DNA of 32,947 nucleotides from a virus (Duplodnaviria; Heunggongvirae; Uroviricota; Caudoviricetes): IMG/VR virus record IMGVR_UViG_2541047823_000003; one strand, 5' to 3'. Shown piece by piece: positions 25,449 to 32,947 of this stretch (position 1 is its first letter; each line of letters starts with the position of its first letter). The notes under the pieces were generated by a model. It saw only the letters and a program-made list of their open reading frames with translations, ran no database searches and was not told where the DNA came from. The position numbers and the translations under genes were made by a program.

Positions 25449-25757
25449 ATGAGTAAAGTAAATATTTCCAGTTCTGGGACCCGCATCCTACGTGTACTCA
25501 AAGCTCTACGCGGTCATGCTCTGAACGGTGTTTCTAACGGTGAACTGGCATCAGCCCTGGGGGAGTCCCCGGCGAATATCAATCGAGCACTTAATACCCT
25601 TATTGAAGAGGGACTGGCCATGAAATTAGAGAACGGACGTTTCGCACCGGGAATCCAGTTACTACAGATCGCCATGGCTCACAGTCACGAGATGGCGCGT
25701 GCACAGGATCGTATTAACGAAATCAACCAACGAGTTATTTCAGGTAGTCGTTTGTAA
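25449..25757 (+). CDS. Winged-helix DNA-binding protein (IclR/MarR-like HTH)
   Basis: Track ORF 25386..25757; likely start at the internal Met (MSKVNISSSGTRILRVLKAL...) at 25449; HTH-like segment NGVSNGELASALGESPANINRALNTLIEEGL. Confidence 0.45.
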   Translation: MSKVNISSSGTRILRVLKALRGHALNGVSNGELASALGESPANINRALNTLIEEGLAMKLENGRFAPGIQLLQIAMAHSHEMARAQDRINEINQRVISGSRL

Positions 25758-25767
25758 GGAGTAATCA

Positions 25768-26682
25768 ATGGGACGCACCAAATCACCCGTTAACACTGAA
25801 CTGAATGTTGAGGTTCCGCTGTCAGATAACATCAATGTCAATTTGAACGCTATGACACAGCATCGCATGGAAATTATGCAGCAGTTTGGTGATGGACTGC
25901 CTTATGAACGTGATCGCATTGTTCACGAAGCACGTTTTTATATGGCGCAGAGTGCTGAATCTATGCTGGAAGCGGGTAAGCGGCTGATCATCTTAAAAGA
26001 AAATGAGCCACACGGTGATTTTACAAACATTTTAGAAAATGAACTCGGACTTGCACCACAAGTTGCTCGCCGCATGATGCAAGCCAGTATGAAGTTTTTG
26101 GGAGAAGGTGATGAGCCAACAAAACGCTCAACGTTGAGCGTTTTGGGGAAAGCCAAACTGTACGACCTGATGGTTCTGGATAATGAAGAACTTGATGAAT
26201 TGGCCGACGGCGGCACAGTTGCCGGCCTGACGCTTGACGACGTTGATCGCATGTCAGTACGTGAATTGCGTCAGGCCCTGCGCGAAGCGCGCGAAACCAA
26301 CGCAGCACAACAGCGCGTACTCGCTGACAAAAATGAAAAAATAGACTCACTCTCCACCAGACTGGAGAAGAAATCCCGTATTCAGCCGCCTGAGCCTGAT
26401 GAAGAGGTTAAGAAGCTGCGGGCGGAAGTGACAGCATTAGCGGTTGAGGCGGAATCTGCTATCGCCGTTCGACTGTCCAGCGCTTTTGAGACGCTGTGCG
26501 CATATTGTGCTGAAAACATGATTGATACCCCCAGAGACTTCATGGCAGGCCTGGTCTGTCAACTGGAAAGCACAGCGCGTAGCCTGCGCTCCACATTTGA
26601 CCTGCCGGATGAGCCAACAGGCAATGCCGCGCCTTCATGGCTGACTGAGCCGACGCCACAGATTAACGGGCTGGAGGCATAA
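25768..26682 (+). CDS. Hypothetical early protein upstream of the transposase
   Basis: 304-aa ORF with AGGAG RBS (gtaaggagtaatcaATG); acidic, coiled-coil-like middle region; no motif I can name confidently. Confidence 0.55.
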   Translation: MGRTKSPVNTELNVEVPLSDNINVNLNAMTQHRMEIMQQFGDGLPYERDRIVHEARFYMAQSAESMLEAGKRLIILKENEPHGDFTNILENELGLAPQVARRMMQASMKFLGEGDEPTKRSTLSVLGKAKLYDLMVLDNEELDELADGGTVAGLTLDDVDRMSVRELRQALREARETNAAQQRVLADKNEKIDSLSTRLEKKSRIQPPEPDEEVKKLRAEVTALAVEAESAIAVRLSSAFETLCAYCAENMIDTPRDFMAGLVCQLESTARSLRSTFDLPDEPTGNAAPSWLTEPTPQINGLEA

Positions 26683-26685
26683 CCA

Positions 26686-28455
26686 ATGAATGCTGCCCTG
26701 ACTGAACGACTGGTTTATGTCGCCCGCGCGGCACGTGACGCGGGGCATGGTAAACGCGGTGCAATATACGACGCTGCCTGTGCTGAACTTGGCATGTCCC
26801 GCGCCACTCTGCTGCGCAGGCTGAAGGAGGTCTCTGTGACTGATAAACGCAAAAAACGCGCTGATGCCGGACGCAGCGCCCTGACCCGCGACGAAGCCGC
26901 GCTGATATCTGCCACACTGCGTGAGGCCACCCGCAAGAACGGTAAACGCCTCTATTCCATCGCAGATGCAGTGGAAACCCTGCGGGCTAACGGCTTTATC
27001 ACCGCAGGCAGAACAGATGAAACCACCGGTGAGTTTTTCCCGTTGTCTGAAGATGCCATCAGCCGTGCTCTGCGTAACTATGGCCTGCACCCGGAACAAC
27101 TGGATGCTCCTGCACCGCATACCGAAGTGGCCAGTCTGCACCCCAATCATGTCTGGCAGATTGACGCCTCACTCTGCACGCTTTACTACCTGAGCAATGG
27201 ACATAAAGGGCTGCAGGTGATGGACAGCGCGAAGTTCTACAAGAACAAGCCCGCTAACCTTGCCCGTATCGCCAGTGACCGCGTGTGGAGTTACGAGATT
27301 ACCGACCATGCCAGCGGCTGGATTTACGTTGAGTATGTGACGGGCGCGGAATCAGGTGAGAACCTGTGTTCTGTGCTTATCAACGCCATGCAGGAGCGTG
27401 GCGGCGCAGACGTGCTGCACGGCGTGCCAAAAATACTCTATCTCGACCCCGGCTCGGCAAACACCGCGGGTATGACGAAAAACATGTGCCGCTCACTGGG
27501 CATCGACCTGATAGCGCACAAGCCGCATAACGCCCGCGCCACCGGACAGGTGGAAAAGGCGCGGGACATTATCGAACGCAAGCTGGAGCCGGGTCTGAAG
27601 TTCCGGCCGGTTCACAGTCTGGAAGAACTCAATGCGCTGGCCGCGAAATGGCGCAGCCACTTTAACGCCACGGCTGTTCACAGCCGCCACGGTAAAACCC
27701 GCACGGATATCTGGCTGAAGATTACTGCTGAGCAGCTGAAAAAAGCGCCTTCCGTTGAGGTATGTCGTGAACTGGCTGTGGCGGCACCAGAACTCCGCAA
27801 AGTCACGCCAAAACTTCGTGTCTCGTTCCGGGGCACTGAATTTGACGTATCAACGGTACCGGGCGTACTGGTCGGTGAAAAACTGATGATTACCCGTAAC
27901 CCGTGGCGCAGCGATGTGGCACAGGTGGTTCTGACCGGTGAGGACGGCCACGAGACGTTCTTCCTGGTCGAAGAAGTCAGAAAGAACGAGTTTGGCTTTG
28001 CTGAAGGCGCGGCGGTATTTGGCGAAAGTTACAAAGCCCTGCCGGAAACCCCGGCGCAGATGGCGGCAAAAGAAACCGAAGCGCTGGTCACCGGTACAGA
28101 CAACGCCGCAGATGCAGCTGCCGCACGCAAGGCGAAGGCGCTGCCGTTCGGCGGGCGGCTTGACCCGTATAAACATATTGATGACGCCACACTTCCGGCC
28201 TATATGCCGAAGCGAGGTCAGGCCTCTGACGTACGCGGGTCGCGCACTGAACAACGTCCCATGACTCATGTGGAGGCCGCGAAAGCCCTGCGCGATAAGT
28301 TCAGCGCCGACGGCCTTACCTGGACGCCGGAACATTACCGCCAGTTAACGGCACAGTATCCGGACGGCGTACCGGAAGCCGCACTGGATGAAGTCATGGC
28401 CACGCTGACCACGCCGGCCCGCAGCAGCGTTATCAGCATTGTTAACGGCAACTGA
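26686..28455 (+). CDS. DDE transposase (Mu A functional analogue; retroviral-integrase-like rve core, Tn552/BcepMu type)
   Basis: 589-aa ORF; candidate DDE residues in HVWQIDASLCTLYY, ILYLDPGSANT and ARATGQVEKARD with rve-like spacing; N-terminal HTH-like region; followed by the AAA+ partner gene. Confidence 0.8.
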   Translation: MNAALTERLVYVARAARDAGHGKRGAIYDAACAELGMSRATLLRRLKEVSVTDKRKKRADAGRSALTRDEAALISATLREATRKNGKRLYSIADAVETLRANGFITAGRTDETTGEFFPLSEDAISRALRNYGLHPEQLDAPAPHTEVASLHPNHVWQIDASLCTLYYLSNGHKGLQVMDSAKFYKNKPANLARIASDRVWSYEITDHASGWIYVEYVTGAESGENLCSVLINAMQERGGADVLHGVPKILYLDPGSANTAGMTKNMCRSLGIDLIAHKPHNARATGQVEKARDIIERKLEPGLKFRPVHSLEELNALAAKWRSHFNATAVHSRHGKTRTDIWLKITAEQLKKAPSVEVCRELAVAAPELRKVTPKLRVSFRGTEFDVSTVPGVLVGEKLMITRNPWRSDVAQVVLTGEDGHETFFLVEEVRKNEFGFAEGAAVFGESYKALPETPAQMAAKETEALVTGTDNAADAAAARKAKALPFGGRLDPYKHIDDATLPAYMPKRGQASDVRGSRTEQRPMTHVEAAKALRDKFSADGLTWTPEHYRQLTAQYPDGVPEAALDEVMATLTTPARSSVISIVNGN

Positions 28456-28465
28456 GGAGGGATAC

Positions 28466-29632
28466 ATGCTGGTACTGAAGCAGCAACTGAAAGAGGCCCG
28501 TATTCCACAGGCGGTGGTGGCGAGAGCTGTCGATGTTTCTGAGGCCACGCTGGCCCAGATTGTGAATCATAACGCGTGGCCCCGCACCAGCCCCGGAGAA
28601 GTGCGCCGGCGTCTTGCGTCCTGGCTGGAAAGTCAGGGGATTGATACAACGAAGAGTTTTGATGCTGTACAGGGCGCGGCCACGCCCCGTACAGCGGGTA
28701 CCACAGATAAAACGAGCCTCAGTGAGGAAGAGAATATGTTACTCAAAAAACAGGTGTTATTTCCAGCAACCAAAAAAGCGTTTGGTCTTTTCCGTGACCC
28801 GTTCGCCGACGAAGCCATGCAGGGTTCTGATGATGTGTTCACCACTCCGGACATTCGCTACGTGCGTGAGGCGCTGTACCAGACAGCCCGTCATGGTGGG
28901 TTTATGGCCGTCATCGGTGAGTCCGGTGCGGGTAAATCCACGCTGCGCCGTGACCTGACTGAACGTATCAACCGCGAGAATGCGCCGGTGATTGTTATCG
29001 AGCCATACATCATCGCTATGGAAGACAACGATGTGAAAGGGAAAACCCTGAAGGCAGCAGCGATTGCCGAAGCCATTATCAGTACCATCGCACCACTGGA
29101 AAGCATCAGACGCAGTCAGGACGCCCGCTTTCGCCAGCTGCATCGCGTCCTGAAAGACAGCAGCCAGGCGGGGTTCAGCCACGTTCTGGTGATTGAGGAG
29201 GCCCACAGTCTGCCCATTCCGACACTGAAACACCTCAAACGCTTTTTTGAGCTGGAGTCCGGTTTCAAAAAACTGCTGTCCATCGTGCTGATTGGCCAGC
29301 CGGAACTGGCGACAAAACTGTCTGAACGCAATATGGAAGTCCGTGAAGTCGTTCAGCGCTGTGAGGTGGTCGAACTTCTGCCTCTGGACAATAACCTTGA
29401 AGAGTTTCTGACGTTCAAACTGCAACGGGCCGGTAAACAACTGACGGACATTATGGACGCCAGCGCAGTGGATGCCATACGTGCCCGCCTGAGCAATCCG
29501 GGAAGTCATCGTAAAAATATGGTCAGCCTGCTGTATCCGCTGGTCGTCAGTAACCTGGTAATAGCCGCCATGAATCTGGCCGCTGAAATCGGGGTTCCAC
29601 AGGTCAACGCTGACGTTGTCAAAGGGGTTTAA
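28466..29632 (+). CDS. Transposition AAA+ ATPase (Mu B / TniB-like)
   Basis: Start at the internal Met (MLVLKQQ...) with GGAGG RBS just after the transposase stop; N-terminal HTH-like segment; Walker A GESGAGKST and Walker B VLVIEEAH. Confidence 0.8.
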   Translation: MLVLKQQLKEARIPQAVVARAVDVSEATLAQIVNHNAWPRTSPGEVRRRLASWLESQGIDTTKSFDAVQGAATPRTAGTTDKTSLSEEENMLLKKQVLFPATKKAFGLFRDPFADEAMQGSDDVFTTPDIRYVREALYQTARHGGFMAVIGESGAGKSTLRRDLTERINRENAPVIVIEPYIIAMEDNDVKGKTLKAAAIAEAIISTIAPLESIRRSQDARFRQLHRVLKDSSQAGFSHVLVIEEAHSLPIPTLKHLKRFFELESGFKKLLSIVLIGQPELATKLSERNMEVREVVQRCEVVELLPLDNNLEEFLTFKLQRAGKQLTDIMDASAVDAIRARLSNPGSHRKNMVSLLYPLVVSNLVIAAMNLAAEIGVPQVNADVVKGV

Positions 29633-29634
29633 TA

Positions 29635-29904
29635 ATGAAATCCACCACAGGTATCAACCAGCAAATCAGCAACGTGCAGTCAGCCATTATGGCGCTTAAG
29701 GCGACGAACACGGATGTACAAAGCATCACCATCAGGGGTAACAAACCTGTCATCCGCGTTTCCCGGAGTGCGCATTGCATGCGCATGCTTGAGCAGGGAA
29801 AGGCCTGTTATCTGTATACCGGACATGACCACAGGGGATATTTCCGTCAGGGCGTTTTCGAACTGCACGGCTGTCGCGTCGTGTGGCCGGAATCTTTGTG
29901 GTAA
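29635..29904 (+). CDS. Hypothetical small early protein
   Basis: 89-aa ORF starting 2 nt after the ATPase stop; Cys/His-containing; no recognisable motif. Confidence 0.45.
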   Translation: MKSTTGINQQISNVQSAIMALKATNTDVQSITIRGNKPVIRVSRSAHCMRMLEQGKACYLYTGHDHRGYFRQGVFELHGCRVVWPESLW

Positions 29905-29931
29905 TCAGCACAACTGGAGAAATCATAAAAA

Positions 29932-30462
29932 ATGGCAAAAAGTACAAAAGGTGCAAAACGTATCAAGGCCGCAGCAGCACTCTGGGTGCCGGGGACACGT
30001 GAAGAGGTCATTGAGGGAATCAGACTACTCGGTGACGCACAACGTGAACTGGTCAGGGCTGAAACAGAAATGAATGACGCCATTGGCGATATCACCGCAC
30101 GTTATGCCCCGCTCACCGAGAGCCTGAAAAAACGCATGGCCGAACTGCAGTTCGGTATTCAGACATGGTGTGAGGCACACCGTGATGAACTGACCGGCAA
30201 CGGGAAGGTGAAGTTCGCTAACCTCACCACCGGCGAGGTGCAGTGGCGAAACCGTCCGCCATCAGTCAGTATCCGTGGGGCGGATAATGTTATTGAATTA
30301 CTGAGACGTCTGGGGCTTGAGCGCTTTATTCGTGTAAAAGAGGAAATAAATAAAGACGCTATCCTGAATGAAAAAGAGGCCGTGAAAAATATTCCCGGTA
30401 TTTCCATTAAAAGCGACATTGAGGATTTTTCAATAATTCCTTTTGAGCAGGATGTGCAGTAA
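29932..30462 (+). CDS. gam: Host-nuclease inhibitor protein Gam (Mu Gam family)
   Basis: 176-aa ORF; strong resemblance to Mu Gam as I recall it: AKRIK.AAA, ETEMNDAI, GKVKFANLTTGEVQWRNRPPSVSIRG, LGLERFIR.K.EINK.AIL and C-terminal IEDFSIIPFEQ. Confidence 0.8.
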   Translation: MAKSTKGAKRIKAAAALWVPGTREEVIEGIRLLGDAQRELVRAETEMNDAIGDITARYAPLTESLKKRMAELQFGIQTWCEAHRDELTGNGKVKFANLTTGEVQWRNRPPSVSIRGADNVIELLRRLGLERFIRVKEEINKDAILNEKEAVKNIPGISIKSDIEDFSIIPFEQDVQ

Positions 30463-30559
30463 ACACACCACGTTAATTATTTAATAAAAACATTTTCTTT
30501 TTTATTCCGGCGTCAGCGCCGCGGGCTTCTGCACGCCGGAAACAGAGGAGAATTAAATC

Positions 30560-30754
30560 ATGATATTTAAATGTATTCAGTGCGAGAGGGATATAACAGC
30601 CCTGCGTTTTCACAGCGCCATCGCCGTGATGTCCGGTAAATACCACATCCCTGCGGTACGCGTCACCCTGGTCTGCCCGTACTGCAGCCAGCATTTTTCG
30701 GCAGACGTGCCCGTCATGGAATTCTCCCGCCCTGACAGGGAGGACTCGCAATGA
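30560..30754 (+). CDS. Small zinc-ribbon-like protein
   Basis: 64-aa ORF with GAGGAG RBS; two Cys pairs (CIQCE ... CPYC). Confidence 0.4.
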   Translation: MIFKCIQCERDITALRFHSAIAVMSGKYHIPAVRVTLVCPYCSQHFSADVPVMEFSRPDREDSQ

Positions 30755-31023
30755 TTACCCCACAGGAAGCACGACAGCGCACCCGAACCCTTGTTGAACA
30801 CTATGTCAACGAGTGTGAATGCCGCGACCTCACCGATGTGAAGCACGTCCTGACCGCGCTAATCAGCATGACCGCTCAGGCCATTGTGGCGACCAACGGA
30901 AAGGCGGCTGCCCTGCAGGTACTGGTGAACACACTCACCCACACGGCAGAGCATGAGGTGCCGTACCGGATGGAAACCACTGCAGAAGGCGGCCTGCACA
31001 TCACCGTCAGCCGGAAGCACTGA
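30751..31023 (+). CDS. Hypothetical early protein
   Basis: 90-aa ORF, start overlaps the upstream stop (ATGA); same operon. Confidence 0.4.
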   Translation: MITPQEARQRTRTLVEHYVNECECRDLTDVKHVLTALISMTAQAIVATNGKAAALQVLVNTLTHTAEHEVPYRMETTAEGGLHITVSRKH

Positions 31024-31032
31024 GGGCGCGGC

Positions 31033-31329
31033 ATGACACGGAACACCATACTCACCCGCACCGCCCTCTACCGTCTGGCCCTGCAGCGTTTCGGGCCGGA
31101 CGCACAGGCCCTGAAACTGACAGAAGAGGCCGCTGAACTGGCGGCCAGTGCTGCCCGCAATCTGAACGGACAGGGCAGCGAAAGTGACCTCGCGGCAGAG
31201 CTGGCAGACGTGGAAATCATGACAGAGCAATTGCGCCTTCAGGGGATGGACCGGCTGATTGACTTCCACAAACAGAAAAAACTGGAACGTCTGGCTGCAC
31301 GACTGGGCGTGATTTACACGAACGAGTAA
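31033..31329 (+). CDS. MazG-like nucleotide pyrophosphohydrolase domain protein (tentative)
   Basis: 98-aa ORF; EEAAELAA ... ELADVEIMTEQL resembles the paired EExxE / E(L)xD(V) metal-binding helices of small MazG-family proteins. Confidence 0.4.
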   Translation: MTRNTILTRTALYRLALQRFGPDAQALKLTEEAAELAASAARNLNGQGSESDLAAELADVEIMTEQLRLQGMDRLIDFHKQKKLERLAARLGVIYTNE

Positions 31330-31343
31330 CCGGGAGGCATTCA

Positions 31344-31559
31344 ATGGCTGACATACTCAGGGAAATCACCGCATGGACACTGATTCTTACTGGCCTGGCG
31401 ACATGCCTCAGTGCGGGGGCAGCCCTGGCTGCCCTGCTGATGCACATAACAACACAGTGGTTATGGGAAAAGCTTAAAGCAGCATACAGCCTGAAAGAGC
31501 TGTCCGACGCTGTCCGGGCATGGAAACGGCAGAAAAATACCGGAGATACAGAACAATGA
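31344..31559 (+). CDS. Small membrane protein
   Basis: 71-aa ORF with GGGAGG RBS; one hydrophobic helix (ITAWTLILTGLATCLSAGAALAALLMHI). Confidence 0.4.
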   Translation: MADILREITAWTLILTGLATCLSAGAALAALLMHITTQWLWEKLKAAYSLKELSDAVRAWKRQKNTGDTEQ

Positions 31560-32239
31560 CAGACCAGAATAAACACATTGAGAAACTGAAAAAGTTGCTG
31601 GCGCTGGCCGCATCCGGCAACCCGCACGAGGCCGCTCTGGCACTGCGCCGAGCCCGTAAACTGATGGATGTTCACGGCATCACACATTCCGACATTGCTA
31701 TGAGTGATATTGATGAAACCATCAGTCATTACTGGCCGACAGGCAGTCTCCGTCCACCGCGCTACATGCTGGGCCTGATGAACATCATCCGCGAGGCATT
31801 TGGTGTTAACTCCATCATTCACCCCGGCACGCATCCGTCTGTGGGGTTCTACGGTAACCGGGAACGAGCGGCACTGGCTGCGTACACCTGGGAAGTGCTG
31901 GTCCGCCAACTGAAAAAGGCGCGTCAGCAGTATATCAGCGCACAGAACAAAAGAATAAAAAACGCCACCCGTACCAGCCGTGGAAACCAGTTTGCTGAAG
32001 GCTGGGTACTGGCCGTTATCAGTGAAATACAGTCCTTTGCCCTGACCGATGATGAGCGTGAACTGATGCAACAGTGGCTGGAACATAAATACCCGCAAAC
32101 GCAAACCACCAGGGCGCGTAAACCGGGAAGAAGCCGCAATGGCGACGCCTCGCGCTATGCGGGGTTTCGTGAAGGGCAGAACGTCAGACTGCACCGCCCG
32201 GTCAGTGGGCAGGAACAACAGAAACTGGAGGCCAGATGA
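31556..32239 (+). CDS. DUF2786-like protein (last early gene before the IS element)
   Basis: Track ORF 31520..32239; likely start at the internal Met (MTDQNKHIEKLKKLLALAASGNPHEAALALRRARKLMDVHGI), whose N-terminal motif matches DUF2786 as I recall it; 4-nt overlap with the upstream gene. Confidence 0.5.
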   Translation: MTDQNKHIEKLKKLLALAASGNPHEAALALRRARKLMDVHGITHSDIAMSDIDETISHYWPTGSLRPPRYMLGLMNIIREAFGVNSIIHPGTHPSVGFYGNRERAALAAYTWEVLVRQLKKARQQYISAQNKRIKNATRTSRGNQFAEGWVLAVISEIQSFALTDDERELMQQWLEHKYPQTQTTRARKPGRSRNGDASRYAGFREGQNVRLHRPVSGQEQQKLEAR

Positions 32240-32339
32240 TTACGCTATCAGGTAACAGCCGGAAATTAAAAGCCTGCCGAATATCTGCCAGATACCTTTT
32301 TGCCCGCGCCTTTTTTAAGAACGTCAGGCCGGGGATCAC

Positions 32340-32947
<608 letters not shown>

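Larger units (their letters stand above)
1..32300. mobile_element. Transposable Mu-type prophage (BcepMu-like layout), late arm on the minus strand and early arm on the plus strand; left end beyond the window, right end near the IS3 element
   Basis: Complete Mu-ordered morphogenesis and lysis module, plus DDE transposase, AAA+ transposition ATPase and Gam; ends not identified. Confidence 0.7.

Noticed and set aside
26635-27150. 171-aa minus-strand ORF
   Set aside because: Antisense to the 5' part of the transposase gene; no RBS; the transposase frame carries the recognisable DDE motifs.
28757-29509. 250-aa minus-strand ORF
   Set aside because: Antisense to the AAA+ ATPase gene, which carries clear Walker A and B motifs on the plus strand.

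Overview
The window is almost entirely one transposable (Mu-type) prophage from a GC-rich, probably enterobacterial, host. Positions 1-22444 carry a contiguous minus-strand late operon in Mu gene order: holin-like protein, signal-anchored lytic transglycosylase endolysin, Rz with embedded Rz1, terminase small and large subunits, portal, F-like head morphogenesis protein, G-like protein, protease/scaffold, major capsid, gp36/gp37-like proteins, sheath, tube, frameshifted tail chaperone, tape measure, DNA circulation protein, X, D/P-like protein, baseplate V/W/J/I and the start of the tail fiber, which runs off the left edge. Positions 25208-32239 carry a plus-strand early operon: Ner-like protein, winged-helix protein, a DDE transposase, an AAA+ transposition ATPase, Gam, and small accessory genes including a MazG-like protein and a DUF2786-like protein. 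This divergent early/late layout with a Tn552-type rather than MuA-type transposase resembles BcepMu-like phages; that assignment is from memory of the family, not a search. Between the two arms lies the immunity locus (22445-25157): an XRE-family repressor translationally coupled to a 328-aa single-pass membrane protein, followed by a glycine-zipper membrane protein and a terminator, the last two genes in an AT-rich island, plus a convergent small P-loop protein. I consider this lambda cI-rexA-rexB-like arrangement the best candidate for an undescribed exclusion or abortive-infection module. The right edge (32340-32947) is a partial IS3-family element. Two genes carry in-frame stop codons (baseplate W, glycine-zipper gene). 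All calls rest on reading the six-frame translations and sequence by eye; no database search was possible.
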